Source: Clostridia bacterium (GTDB lineage Bacteria; Bacillota; DSM-521; Neomoorellales; SLTJ01). Taken from it: 64,000 nt of DNA. The stretch spans positions 85,590 to 149,589 of the forward strand of contig JANLFO010000002.1 in assembly GCA_024653205.1 (NCBI GenBank), read 5' to 3'. Position 1 is the first letter of the stretch. Each line of letters begins with the position of its first letter. Shown piece by piece: positions 18,312 through 27,949 of this stretch. The translations under genes and the position numbers were made by a program. Below the pieces are notes generated by a model. That model was not told the DNA's origin. It saw only the letters and a program-made list of their open reading frames with translations, and ran no database searches.

Positions 18312-19289
18312 GTGGGCTTTCCGGCAGTGCGCATGCGGCGGCTGCGGTCCCAGGCGGGACTCCGGCGGCTGGTAAGGGAGACCAGGCTGTCCGCAGATTG
18401 CCTGATCTATCCGCTCTTCGTGACGTACGGGCAAGGAGTGCGTGAGCCCATCCCCTCCCTGCCCGGGCAGTACCGCTACTCGGCGGACACCCTGTTAGAG
18501 GAGGCGGCGGAACTGGTGGCCCTGGGCCTAGGCGCGGTTCTCCTCTTCGGTATACCCGAGCGCAAGGATGCCCTGGGTACACAAGCCTGGGCGGAGGACG
18601 GGGTGGTCCAGCAGGCGGTTCGCGCTCTCAAACGTCACCATCCCGAATTGGTGGTCATCACCGACGTATGCCTGTGCGAGTACACCTCGCACGGGCACTG
18701 CGGGCTGGTGGACGGTCGGGAGGTGCTCAACGACCCCACCCTGGAGTTGCTGGGCCGGGTTGCCGTATCCCACGCCGAGGCGGGCGCAGACGTGGTGGCG
18801 CCCTCCGACATGATGGACGGCCGGGTCCAGGCCATCCGGGCCAAGCTCGACGCCTACCACTTCAACCACGTCCCCATCCTCTCCTACGCGGCCAAATACG
18901 CCTCTGCCTTTTACGGCCCCTTCCGCGAGGCGGCGGGCTCGGCCCCGCAGTTTGGCGACCGCTCCGGTTACCAGATGGATCCGGCCAACTCCCGGGAGGC
19001 GCTGAGGGAAATCGAGCTGGATCTGAAAGAGGGGGCGGACCTGGTGATGGTAAAGCCCGCCCTGGCTTACCTTGACGTATTGCGGCTCGCCCGGGACCGT
19101 TTTGCCTGCCCCCTGGGAGCCTATAACGTAAGCGGGGAGTACGCCATGATCAAGGCCGCCGCCGCCCGGGGGTGGCTGGACGAGCGCCGTACGGCAATGG
19201 AGGTGCTCACCGCCATCCGGCGTGCCGGCGCGGACTTCATAGTCACCTACTTTGCGAAGGACGCAGCCCGCTGGCTGGCGGAAGCCTAG
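18312..19289 (+). CDS. hemB: Porphobilinogen synthase (delta-aminolevulinate dehydratase)
   Basis: 325 aa. It has the Zn-site [14 protein letters not shown] and the active-site region [15 protein letters not shown]. Confidence 0.93.
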   Translation: MGFPAVRMRRLRSQAGLRRLVRETRLSADCLIYPLFVTYGQGVREPIPSLPGQYRYSADTLLEEAAELVALGLGAVLLFGIPERKDALGTQAWAEDGVVQQAVRALKRHHPELVVITDVCLCEYTSHGHCGLVDGREVLNDPTLELLGRVAVSHAEAGADVVAPSDMMDGRVQAIRAKLDAYHFNHVPILSYAAKYASAFYGPFREAAGSAPQFGDRSGYQMDPANSREALREIELDLKEGADLVMVKPALAYLDVLRLARDRFACPLGAYNVSGEYAMIKAAAARGWLDERRTAMEVLTAIRRAGADFIVTYFAKDAARWLAEA

Positions 19290-19305
19290 GTGGGGAGGGA
19301 AGGGT

Positions 19306-20598
19306 TTGTCCGGTCGGTGCAGACAACGGTCGGTCGAACTGTTGGCCCGGGCCCGGGAGGTGATCCCCGGAGGGGTGAACAGCCCGGTGAGGGCCTACCG
19401 GGCGGTGGGAGGGGATCCGCCTTTCCTCCGCGCCGGCCAGGGCCAGTACGTTTTCGACGCGGACGGAAACCGTTATCTCGACTACGTGTGCTCCTGGGGC
19501 CCGCTCATCCTGGGTCACCGCCACCCCCGGGTAGTGGAGGCAGTCGAGCGGGCCCTGGAGGCAGGCACCACCTTCGGGGCACCTACGGAAGGGGAGGTGC
19601 TTCTGGCGGAAATGCTGGTGGAAGCCCTACCGGGACTGGAGATGGTTCGGCTGGTCAATTCCGGCACCGAGGCGGCCATGAGCGCCCTGCGGTTGGCCCG
19701 CGCCTACACCGGGCGTAGCAAGATAGTCAAATTTGAGGGCTGTTACCACGGCCATGCCGACCACCTGCTCGTCCGGGCGGGCTCCGGAGCCCTGACCCTG
19801 GGCGTGCCCACCAGCGCCGGGGTCCCGGAACCGGTAGCGGCGGATACGCTGGTCCTGCCCTTCAACGATACGGAGGCCTTGGCTGCAGCCTTTGACCGCT
19901 GGGGAGGGGAGATAGCCGCGGCCGTCGTGGAACCGGTTGCCGGCAACATGGGTTGCGTGCCGCCGGAGCCGGGATTTCTGGAAAGCCTGCGCCGGCTCAC
20001 TCGGGAGAGCGGCAGCCTTCTCGTCTTTGACGAGGTGATTACGGGCTTCCGCCTCGGCTACGGGGGTGCACAGGAGCGCTACGGGGTCACCCCCGACCTT
20101 ACCTGCCTGGGAAAGATCATCGGCGGGGGACTGCCGGTGGGAGCGTACGGCGGCAGGCGGGAAATAATGGAGCAGGTGGCCCCTCTGGGTCCGGTCTACC
20201 AGGCCGGCACCCTCTCCGGGAACCCTCTGGCCGTGGCCGCGGGAAGGGCCACGCTGACCGTGCTCCGCGAAACCGATCCCTATGCCGAGCTGGAACGCCG
20301 GGCCGGCCTGCTGGCGGCGGGATTGCAGGAGGCGGCGACCCGGGCTGGGGTGGAGGTCACGGTCAACCGCGCAGGCTCCATGCTCACCCTTTTCTTTCAG
20401 CCCGGTCCGGTAAGAGATGCCGCTTCCGCCGGCAGCTCCGATACCCGGCGCTTTGCCCGTTTCTTTCACTCCATGCTACAATCGGGAATCTACCTGCCTC
20501 CCAGCCAGTTTGAGTGCTGGTTCGTCTCCACCGCCCATACGGACGCGGATATCGAGCTAACCCTAGACTGCGCCCGCCGTGCCATGGCACGGCTGTAA
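19306..20598 (+). CDS. hemL: Glutamate-1-semialdehyde 2,1-aminomutase
   Basis: TTG 19306, 6 nt after GGGAGGG, gives the typical N-terminus ...[17 protein letters not shown]. The PLP-Lys region is [14 protein letters not shown]. Confidence 0.92.
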   Translation: MSGRCRQRSVELLARAREVIPGGVNSPVRAYRAVGGDPPFLRAGQGQYVFDADGNRYLDYVCSWGPLILGHRHPRVVEAVERALEAGTTFGAPTEGEVLLAEMLVEALPGLEMVRLVNSGTEAAMSALRLARAYTGRSKIVKFEGCYHGHADHLLVRAGSGALTLGVPTSAGVPEPVAADTLVLPFNDTEALAAAFDRWGGEIAAAVVEPVAGNMGCVPPEPGFLESLRRLTRESGSLLVFDEVITGFRLGYGGAQERYGVTPDLTCLGKIIGGGLPVGAYGGRREIMEQVAPLGPVYQAGTLSGNPLAVAAGRATLTVLRETDPYAELERRAGLLAAGLQEAATRAGVEVTVNRAGSMLTLFFQPGPVRDAASAGSSDTRRFARFFHSMLQSGIYLPPSQFECWFVSTAHTDADIELTLDCARRAMARL

Positions 20599-20639
20599 CG
20601 CTAGAGGTGGGCTCGCCGTAAGCCGCGGCGGGCCCAGTC

Positions 20640-20668
20640 TTGACGCGGAGCACGCGGGGTTTTAAACT
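20640..20668 (+). promoter_or_regulatory. Candidate pckA promoter (TTGACG-17 nt-TAAACT)
   Basis: Hexamers at 20640-20645 and 20663-20668 in the hemL-pckA gap, preceded by a GC hairpin (about 20609-20636). Confidence 0.45.
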
Positions 20669-20723
20669 GGGGCCAGGCCGGGTACTATTCACTCGGAATA
20701 ACTGACGAGAGCGGGGACGAACA

Positions 20724-22277
20724 ATGTTCGAGCTGGAGTTCTCAGGGCAGGTACACCGTAACCTTTCTGCCCCACTGCTGGTAGAGAGAGCTTTGGCCCG
20801 GGGTGAGGGGTTGCTCACCGCCTCCGGAGCCCTGCGCGTTTTTACCGGCAAGTACACGGGCCGTTCGCCGGAAGACAAGTACGTGGTGGACACCCCGGGA
20901 GTACATTCCGAAGTGTGGTGGGGCCCCAACCGGCCTATGGACGCGGATACGTACCGCCGGCTGCTGGGGCGTATGACCGCCTACCTGCAGGCCCGAGAGG
21001 TCTTCGTCTTTGACGGCTTCGTATGCGCCCGTCCCGAACACCGGTTCGCGCTGCGGGTCATAAACGAGCTGGCCTGGCAAAACCTCTTTGCCCGCCAGCT
21101 TTTCATCCGGCCGGACTCTCAAGAGCTGGCCGGACACCGTCCCGAGATCACGGTGGTGGCCGCACCCGGCTTCAAGGCGTCGCCGGAGGCAGACGGTACC
21201 CGTTCCCAAGCCTTTATCGTGCTCAACCTGGAGGAAAAGCTTGTTCTGATCGGCGGCACTTCCTATGCCGGGGAGATCAAGAAATCGGTATTCACCCTTT
21301 TGAATTACCTGCTGCCCGCCCGGGGCGTTACCCCCATGCACTGCTCCGCCAACATGGGCGACGATGGAGACGTGGCCCTCTTCTTCGGGCTTTCCGGCAC
21401 CGGCAAGACCACGCTGTCCGCCGACCCCACGCGCCGGCTTATCGGCGACGACGAGCACGGCTGGTCCGACCAGGGCATCTTCAACTTCGAGGGCGGGTGC
21501 TACGCCAAGTGTATCGGTCTCTCCCGGGAAAAGGAGCCGCAGATCTGGGAGGCCATACGCTTCGGCGCGGTGCTGGAAAACGTGGTGGTGGACCCCGATA
21601 CCCGGCAGCCGGATTACGGTGACGCCGGCGTTACCGAAAACACCCGGGCCGCCTACCCGCTGGAATTCATCCCCGGAGCGGTGATCCCCAGCGTGGGCGG
21701 GCATCCCCGTACCGTTATCTTCCTAACCGCGGACGCCTTCGGCGTGCTGCCTCCCATAGCCCGTCTCACCCCGGAGCAGGCCATGTTCCACTTCCTTTCC
21801 GGGTACACCAGCAAGCTGGCCGGTACCGAGCGGGGCATAACCGAGCCGGTGGCCACCTTTTCCGCCTGCTTTGGGGCTCCCTTCCTTCCCCGGGAGCCCA
21901 TGGTCTACGCCCGGCTGCTGGGCGAAAGGATAAGAAGGCACGCCAGCCGCGTATACCTAGTCAATACCGGCTGGTCCGGAGGGCCGTACGGCGTGGGCCG
22001 GCGCCTGGATCTGGACCTTACCCGGGCCATGGTGCGGGCGGCCATCCGGGGGGATCTGGAGCAAGCAAGTTACGAGCCCGATCCGGTTTTCGGGCTGATG
22101 CTCCCCGGCGCCTGTCCGGGGGTGCCGTCCGAGGTTCTGCGGCCCTGGAACGTCTGGCCCGACAAGGACGCCTACTGGAAGCAGGCCCGGGAACTGGCAG
22201 CCCGGTTCCGGGAAAACTTCTCCCGCTTCCCTGCCGCACCGAAAGAGATCGGGGCAGCCGCTCCTTCGGGGGGTTAG
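20724..22277 (+). CDS. pckA: Phosphoenolpyruvate carboxykinase (ATP)
   Basis: 517 aa. It has the kinase-1a loop [11 protein letters not shown] and the IGDDEHGW motif typical of ATP-dependent PEPCK. Confidence 0.93.
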   Translation: MFELEFSGQVHRNLSAPLLVERALARGEGLLTASGALRVFTGKYTGRSPEDKYVVDTPGVHSEVWWGPNRPMDADTYRRLLGRMTAYLQAREVFVFDGFVCARPEHRFALRVINELAWQNLFARQLFIRPDSQELAGHRPEITVVAAPGFKASPEADGTRSQAFIVLNLEEKLVLIGGTSYAGEIKKSVFTLLNYLLPARGVTPMHCSANMGDDGDVALFFGLSGTGKTTLSADPTRRLIGDDEHGWSDQGIFNFEGGCYAKCIGLSREKEPQIWEAIRFGAVLENVVVDPDTRQPDYGDAGVTENTRAAYPLEFIPGAVIPSVGGHPRTVIFLTADAFGVLPPIARLTPEQAMFHFLSGYTSKLAGTERGITEPVATFSACFGAPFLPREPMVYARLLGERIRRHASRVYLVNTGWSGGPYGVGRRLDLDLTRAMVRAAIRGDLEQASYEPDPVFGLMLPGACPGVPSEVLRPWNVWPDKDAYWKQARELAARFRENFSRFPAAPKEIGAAAPSGG

Positions 22278-22290
22278 GGGGAAAGCGGTC

Positions 22291-22812
22291 GTGAGGGAAA
22301 CCGGGGAGAAGGAGGCATCGGTCCGGGCCATAATAGAGGAACTCTGCGTCGACGGCCGGAAGAAGCCGAGGGAACTGATTCCCTTTCTGCAGAAGGTACA
22401 GGCCCGTTTGGGATACGTGCCCGCAGAGGTGCTTCGCGAGGCGGCCGGGGTTTTCGGGGTTCCCGAGGTTGAAATGTACGCCGTGGCTACCTTCTACCAC
22501 CAGTTCCGCCTTCAACCTCCGGGGGAACACCGGATCAAAGTCTGCCTGGGAACGGCCTGCCACCTTATGGGCGGACAGAGGATACTGGACTGGTTCGGCC
22601 GCCGTCTCGACGTACGCGAAGGGCAAACCACCGCCGACGGCAAGTTCACCCTGGAGCGGGTGGCCTGCGTGGGTTGCTGCGCGCTGGCGCCGGTGGTGGT
22701 GGTGGACGAGAAGGTTGAGGGAAAGGTTTCTCCTACCCGGGCGGACGGGATCCTGCTCTCCCTGGGTGTGAAGCCGGAGGCCATGAAACCCAAGCAGCCC
22801 GAATCCGCCTGA
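22291..22812 (+). CDS. NuoE/HydC-like [2Fe-2S] thioredoxin-fold subunit
   Basis: 173 aa. The Cys pattern CLGTACHLMG ... ACVGCCALAP matches NuoE-type 2Fe-2S ligands. Confidence 0.88.
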   Translation: MRETGEKEASVRAIIEELCVDGRKKPRELIPFLQKVQARLGYVPAEVLREAAGVFGVPEVEMYAVATFYHQFRLQPPGEHRIKVCLGTACHLMGGQRILDWFGRRLDVREGQTTADGKFTLERVACVGCCALAPVVVVDEKVEGKVSPTRADGILLSLGVKPEAMKPKQPESA

Positions 22813-22859
22813 TCTCCGGCCGAAGCGGCCTGACGGCACCGGCCCGAGGGGGGAGAGGT

Positions 22860-24758
22860 TTGGCGAACCAGGCTTACTTGTATCTGCGCGAGGAAGCCTC
22901 CCGGAAGATGGAGGCTTTCGAGCATATCCCGTTAATCACTGTAGGTACTGCCACCTGCGGCCGGGCGGCCGGTGCTCTCGCCGTCCTTCAGGCTATACGC
23001 GAGGAGATCGCCCGCCGGGATCTTTTGGTCGAGGTACAGGAAGTGGGCTGCCTGGGGCATTGTTACGCCGAACCCCTGGTGACCGTTCGCCGCCCCGGAT
23101 TTCCCGCCCTGTGCTACGGCCCCCTGGATGAAGACCGGGCCCGCCGCCTGGTCACGGACTTCCTGATCGGGGACGATCCCTGCCTGGAGTACGCCCTGGC
23201 CGCCCTGGAACCCAACGATCTCTTTCCCGCCCTGGAGGAATTCCCGCGGGGCGCCTGCGAACGCCGGGTCATACTGGCCCTGTGCGGCCTGATTAACCCG
23301 GAGGATCTGGACGCCTACCTGGTGCACGACGGCTACGCCGGGCTGGCCCGGGCGCTGGAGATGTCCCCGGAGGAAGTGGTAGGGGAGATTGTGCGCTCGG
23401 GACTGCGCGGGCGGGGAGGGGCGGGCTTCCCTGCCGGCGAGAAGTGGGAGGCGTGCGCCCGTGCGCCTGCGCCGGCAAGGTACGTGATCTGCAACGGCGA
23501 TGAGGGCGACCCGGGAGCCTTCATGGACCGGGCTCTTATGGAATCCAACCCCCACCAACTGCTCGAGGGGCTCATTATTGCCGCCTACGCCGTGGGAGCC
23601 CGGAAGGCCATCATCTACGTGCGGGCGGAGTACCCCCTGGCGGTGGCGCGGGTGGAACGCGCCCTGGAGCAGGCCCGGGAAAGGGGCCTGGTGGGGAAGG
23701 GGATACTGGGCACCGGCTTTGACCTGGAGGTAGAGGTTTTCCAGGGCGCAGGCGCATTCGTCTGCGGGGAGGAAACCGCCCTGATTGCCTCGCTGGAGGG
23801 CAGGCCGGGTGTGCCCCGTCCCCGGCCTCCGTACCCGGCCACCTCAGGGCTGGAAGGCCTGCCCACGCTGGTAAACAACGTCAAGACCCTTTCCTACGTA
23901 CCCCACATCCTGCGGCGGGGCGCGGAGTGGTTTCGTTCCCTGGGAACGGCTAACAGTCCGGGCACCGCAGTGTTCGCCCTGGCCGGCAAGGTGGCCAACC
24001 CGGGTCTGGCGGAGGTCCCCATGGGCACCACCCTGCGGCAACTGATCTTCGAGGTGGGAGGGGGTATCCGGCAGGACAAGCAGTTCAAGGCGGTGCAGAT
24101 CGGCGGTCCCTCGGGAGGGTGCCTGCCGGAATCGGCTCTGGACCTGCCTATAGATTTCGATTCCCTGTCGGAAGCGGGGGCGATGATGGGCTCCGGCGGA
24201 GTGGTAGTGCTGGACGAGGAGGACTGCGTGGTGGAGACGGCCCGCTACTTCCTGGAGTTCACCCGGCAGGAGTCCTGCGGACTGTGCAGCTTTTGCCGCC
24301 TGGGCACGGCCCACCTGCTGGAGAGGCTTACCGCGCTTACCCGCGGGGAGGCCAGGCTCGAGGACCTGGACCGGCTTTACGATCTGGCCGAGGACGTTCG
24401 CGCCGGCTCCCTGTGCGGTCTGGGGCAGACCGCCCCCAACCCGGTACTCACCACCCTCCGCTACTTCCGCGCCGAGTACGAGGCCCACGTGAAGGAGAAA
24501 CGCTGCCCCGCGCTTGCCTGCCGCGACCTGGTGCTTTACTGCATCCTGCCCGAACGCTGCAGCAAGCTTTGCAACCTGTGCGTGGGAAGCTGTCCTGCCG
24601 GCGCCGTGATTACCCGGCCCGACCTGCTGAAGGCCATCGACCAGGCAAAATGCGTGAAGTGCAACCAGTGCCTGGTGACCTGCCCGCCGGAGTACCGCGC
24701 GGTGGTCAAACTCTCGCCGCCGCAGTTGCCGCCGGAGGGAGACGCGGGCCATGGATAG
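22860..24758 (+). CDS. NuoF/HydB-like NAD(P)H- and FMN-binding flavoprotein with extra Fe-S domains
   Basis: 632 aa. It has GLRGRGGAGFPAGEKWE (NuoF core), ESCGLCSFCR (N3-type 4Fe-4S) and a C-terminal 2x CxxCxxCxxxCP. TTG start after GGGGGAGAGG. Confidence 0.9.
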   Translation: MANQAYLYLREEASRKMEAFEHIPLITVGTATCGRAAGALAVLQAIREEIARRDLLVEVQEVGCLGHCYAEPLVTVRRPGFPALCYGPLDEDRARRLVTDFLIGDDPCLEYALAALEPNDLFPALEEFPRGACERRVILALCGLINPEDLDAYLVHDGYAGLARALEMSPEEVVGEIVRSGLRGRGGAGFPAGEKWEACARAPAPARYVICNGDEGDPGAFMDRALMESNPHQLLEGLIIAAYAVGARKAIIYVRAEYPLAVARVERALEQARERGLVGKGILGTGFDLEVEVFQGAGAFVCGEETALIASLEGRPGVPRPRPPYPATSGLEGLPTLVNNVKTLSYVPHILRRGAEWFRSLGTANSPGTAVFALAGKVANPGLAEVPMGTTLRQLIFEVGGGIRQDKQFKAVQIGGPSGGCLPESALDLPIDFDSLSEAGAMMGSGGVVVLDEEDCVVETARYFLEFTRQESCGLCSFCRLGTAHLLERLTALTRGEARLEDLDRLYDLAEDVRAGSLCGLGQTAPNPVLTTLRYFRAEYEAHVKEKRCPALACRDLVLYCILPERCSKLCNLCVGSCPAGAVITRPDLLKAIDQAKCVKCNQCLVTCPPEYRAVVKLSPPQLPPEGDAGHG

Positions 24759-25416
24759 GCGGATCAGGCTGGTCATCGACGGCAAGGAGGTGGCGGCCCG
24801 GGAGGGGGAGCGCCTGCTCTGGGCAGCGCTGGAGAACGGAATCTACATCCCCCACCTTTGCGCGGTAAAGGACGCGGGACGCTCGCGGGCGGCCTGCCGG
24901 CTCTGCCTGGTGGAGGTAGAAGGGGAGAGGCGGCCGGTGGCCGCCTGCGCCTACCCCGTGCGCGAGGGCCTTGAGGTCCGCACCCGCTCGCCGAGGCTGG
25001 ACCGCCTGGTCGAACGGGCGTTTGAGCTGATCCTCTCCCGGCACCGTCTGGACTGCGCCGTCTGCCCGGCCCGGTCCCGCTGTCAGCTGCGCGAGATAGC
25101 CCGCCGGCGTGGACTGCAGTTGAGGCTCCGGAGTCTTACGCCCCTGCCCCTCCCTGCGGAAATCGACGCCAGCCCCCAAAGCTTTGCTTACGACGCCGGT
25201 CGCTGCGTGCTCTGCGGCCGGTGCGTGGAGGCCTGCCGGGAAAGGGGCGCGGGTATCCTCGGTTTTGTGGGCCGCGGGTGGGAGCGGCGGGTGGCGACCT
25301 TCGGCGACGTCGGCAGGGCCGAGGCCGGCTGCCGGGAGTGCGGGGAGTGCCTCAAGGCCTGTCCGGTGGGGGCGCTCTATCCCAAGCCCAACGCGGACAG
25401 ATCGAAGTCAGGATAA
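24751..25416 (+). CDS. NuoG/HydA N-terminal-like Fe-S subunit (2Fe-2S + His-ligated 4Fe-4S + 2x4Fe-4S) with no catalytic domain
   Basis: 221 aa. Motifs are Cx10CxxC (2Fe-2S), HRLDCAVCPARSRC (Hx3Cx2Cx5C), CVLCGRCVEAC and CRECGECLKACP. It ends without an H-cluster or molybdopterin domain. Confidence 0.8.
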   Translation: MDRRIRLVIDGKEVAAREGERLLWAALENGIYIPHLCAVKDAGRSRAACRLCLVEVEGERRPVAACAYPVREGLEVRTRSPRLDRLVERAFELILSRHRLDCAVCPARSRCQLREIARRRGLQLRLRSLTPLPLPAEIDASPQSFAYDAGRCVLCGRCVEACRERGAGILGFVGRGWERRVATFGDVGRAEAGCRECGECLKACPVGALYPKPNADRSKSG

Positions 25417-26496
25417 CAGCTTCAAGCTGCTCAGGCGTTTCAGTGCGGCCAGCTTTTCGCTTCGACCGGTCCGGGCCTTTCTCAGCGCCTCCTCCAGAAC
25501 GGCCACGGAATGATCGTAAGTCCGGCGGTCCACCGGAAAGGGGTGGCCGTCCTTTCCGCCGTGGGCAAAGGAGTAGCGGACCGGATCGCGGAAGCTGGTC
25601 TCGGCGCCGTAGGCCACCTCCGCTACCAGCGCCAGGGCCCTTAAGGCCGCAGGTCCCACTCCCCGCAACCCCAGCAGGCCCTCGAAGTCCGCTGCCTGTG
25701 CCTGATAGGCAAGCCGCAGGGCCTTCTCGAGGGAACCCGCCTTCGGCACGGCGTGGGTAGCAGGCAGCCGCAGCAGGCGTTCGGCCCCGGGGTGGGAAAG
25801 AAGGGCCTGATATTCACGCAGGAGGCGTTCCGGCTTTTGCCGGCTCAGGAGGGTGCTCACCCGGCGGTTTTCCTCTGCCTCCCGCGCCACCAGGTTGACC
25901 ACCGCCGCAGACGGGGAGCCGCACACCGCGGCGTGGGGCTCGCACACAAAGCTCGCCACCTGCTCTCCCAGCCAGTGGTAGCGCCGCGCCCAGCCGGTGG
26001 CCGGATCCATGCCCTGCTGGACTACCGCCCACTCGCCCTTGGCCGTAAAGAAGAAAACGTGGTGATAGAGGGTGTAACCGTCCTGCAGGCCGGCATTGTC
26101 CACCTTGGCCGACAGGCGGCTGGCGTAGACCAGGCGCTCCCCGGAGGAGATGCCGTGGCGTTCGGCGTGGCTTACGATTTCCTGAGGCGTTCGCAGAGAA
26201 GCCTTTCCCTTTCCCCCGGCTACGAACAGGCCCAGGTCCTTCTCCCGGCCCCGCAGGCCTTCCTTGATCGCGCCGCACACGGTGGTAGTAAGGCCGGACG
26301 AGTGCCAGTCGAACCCCAGCACGCAGCCCAGGGCCTGAAACCAATGCGGATCGGACAGTCGGCGCAGCACCTCCAGGGGTCCGTATTCACTCACAATTAC
26401 CTCCAGGATGGCCACACCCAGGCGGCGCATCCGCTCGAAAAGCCAGGGAGGACACTTGCCCCCATGAAGGGGCAGGTCGGCGGTACCGGTTCGCAA
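25408..26496 (-). CDS. DUF763-family protein (uncharacterised)
   Basis: 362 aa. The N-terminus (M)RTGTADLPLHGGKCPPWLFERM resembles the DUF763 signature as I recall it. TTG start 6-7 nt after AAGGAG. Confidence 0.6.
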   Translation of the reverse strand: MRTGTADLPLHGGKCPPWLFERMRRLGVAILEVIVSEYGPLEVLRRLSDPHWFQALGCVLGFDWHSSGLTTTVCGAIKEGLRGREKDLGLFVAGGKGKASLRTPQEIVSHAERHGISSGERLVYASRLSAKVDNAGLQDGYTLYHHVFFFTAKGEWAVVQQGMDPATGWARRYHWLGEQVASFVCEPHAAVCGSPSAAVVNLVAREAEENRRVSTLLSRQKPERLLREYQALLSHPGAERLLRLPATHAVPKAGSLEKALRLAYQAQAADFEGLLGLRGVGPAALRALALVAEVAYGAETSFRDPVRYSFAHGGKDGHPFPVDRRTYDHSVAVLEEALRKARTGRSEKLAALKRLSSLKLLS

Positions 26497-26638
26497 GCCA
26501 GCTCTGCTCCTTCCTGCGGCCTCTCTGCCGGGAGGCGAAGCTGCGGGCGCCGGTGGCCCGTGCCGGTTATCCTTCGCACTATTCGGGGCAACCCCGGTTG
26601 CCCCCCGCGCCGGTCGCCTGACCGTGTTGCCCCGCTAC

Positions 26639-26668
26639 TTGCTCCGGGCAGCGGCGTCCTGATATAAT
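26639..26668 (+). promoter_or_regulatory. Candidate promoter (TTGCTC-18 nt-TATAAT)
   Basis: Hexamers at 26639-26644 and 26663-26668, 35 nt upstream of the M24 peptidase start. Confidence 0.4.
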
Positions 26669-26703
26669 CCGTAGCGTGCGAATTCTCGCTCGGAGGTCAG
26701 AGT

Positions 26704-27891
26704 ATGGTACCCGCTGCCGAACTCGCCCGCCGCATCGAGAGCTTCCAGGTCGAGCTCAGGGCGGCGGAGGTCGATGCCGCTCTTCTCCTGCAGAAGGTAG
26801 ATTACTACTATTTCTCCGGCACCATGCAGCTTTCCTACCTCTACATCCCCGCCGAGGGCGAGCCGCTCCTCATGGTGGTGAGAGACTGGGACCGCGCCCG
26901 GAACGAGAGCGCCCTGGCGAACGTGGTTCCCTGTCCGTCCGTCCGCCAGGCCCCGGTGCTCATCCAGGCCCAGCAGGGCCGGCTACCTGCCAGCCTGGGC
27001 CTGGAGTTTGACGTATTGCCGGTTAAGGAATACTTTCGCATCCAAAAGCTGTTCCCCGGCGTGCGCCTGACCGATGTATCCGGACTCATTCACAGAGTGC
27101 GCAGCCGCAAATCGTCCTGGGAAGTAGGTCAAATGCTTCAGGCTGCGGCGCTGGCGGCCGAGGTTTACGCCGCCGTGCCCCGGCTGCTTCGCCCGGGAAT
27201 GACGGAGATAGAGTTGGCCGGGCTGCTGGAGGCCGAGGCCAAGAAAAGGGGACACGAGGGACTTCTGCGCATGCGCTCCCTCAACTACGAGGCCTACACC
27301 TGGCACATCCTTTCCGGCGCCAGCGGAGGAGTGGTCAGCTACCTCGACGGTCCCGTAGGAGGGCAGGGACTTTCTCCGGCCTTTCCCGTAGGCGCCGGCC
27401 GCAAACCCATCGAGGCGGGGGAACCCATACTGGTGGATTTCGGCGGGGTGGTGAACGGCTACCAGGTCGACGAAACCCGCATGTACTGCCTGGGAAGAAT
27501 GCCCGACAAGTTCCGCCGAGCCTACGAGGCCTGTCTGGAGATCGAGCGCACGGTCCTGGAAGCGGCCCGCCCGGGGGTGAGCTGCCACTACCTGTTCGGG
27601 CTGGCCCGAGCTACGGCGGAGAAGCTGGGCTACGAGGACGCCTTTCTGGGGCCCAAGGGTAAGAAGGTCCGGTTTGTGGGTCACGGCATCGGCCTGGAGA
27701 TCAACGAACCGCCCTACCTGGCCGAGGGCCACGACTACCCGCTGGAAGCAGGCATGACCTTTGCGCTGGAGCCCAAAATGGTCTTCCCCGGTGAAGGAGC
27801 CGTAGGCATTGAGGATACGGTGGTGGTGGAGGCCAACGGCTGCCGGCGGCTGACCGATATGCCGGACGGGATTATTGAGATCGAGCCCTAG
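26704..27891 (+). CDS. M24-family Xaa-Pro aminopeptidase
   Basis: 395 aa. It has a creatinase-like N-domain plus the pita-bread motifs GHGIGLEINEPPYL and GIEDTVVV. Confidence 0.88.
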   Translation: MVPAAELARRIESFQVELRAAEVDAALLLQKVDYYYFSGTMQLSYLYIPAEGEPLLMVVRDWDRARNESALANVVPCPSVRQAPVLIQAQQGRLPASLGLEFDVLPVKEYFRIQKLFPGVRLTDVSGLIHRVRSRKSSWEVGQMLQAAALAAEVYAAVPRLLRPGMTEIELAGLLEAEAKKRGHEGLLRMRSLNYEAYTWHILSGASGGVVSYLDGPVGGQGLSPAFPVGAGRKPIEAGEPILVDFGGVVNGYQVDETRMYCLGRMPDKFRRAYEACLEIERTVLEAARPGVSCHYLFGLARATAEKLGYEDAFLGPKGKKVRFVGHGIGLEINEPPYLAEGHDYPLEAGMTFALEPKMVFPGEGAVGIEDTVVVEANGCRRLTDMPDGIIEIEP

Positions 27892-27908
27892 GCTCTTGCG
27901 GCCTCGCC

Positions 27909-27930
27909 GGGCGGCAGTTCCCTGCCGCCC
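27909..27930. terminator. 9-bp GC hairpin between convergent genes (possible bidirectional terminator)
   Basis: GGGCGGCAG-TTCC-CTGCCGCCC lies between the stops at 27891 (+) and 27950 (-). There is no clear U-tract. Confidence 0.4.
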
Positions 27931-27949
27931 GGCGGCCCAGTAGCTTCCC

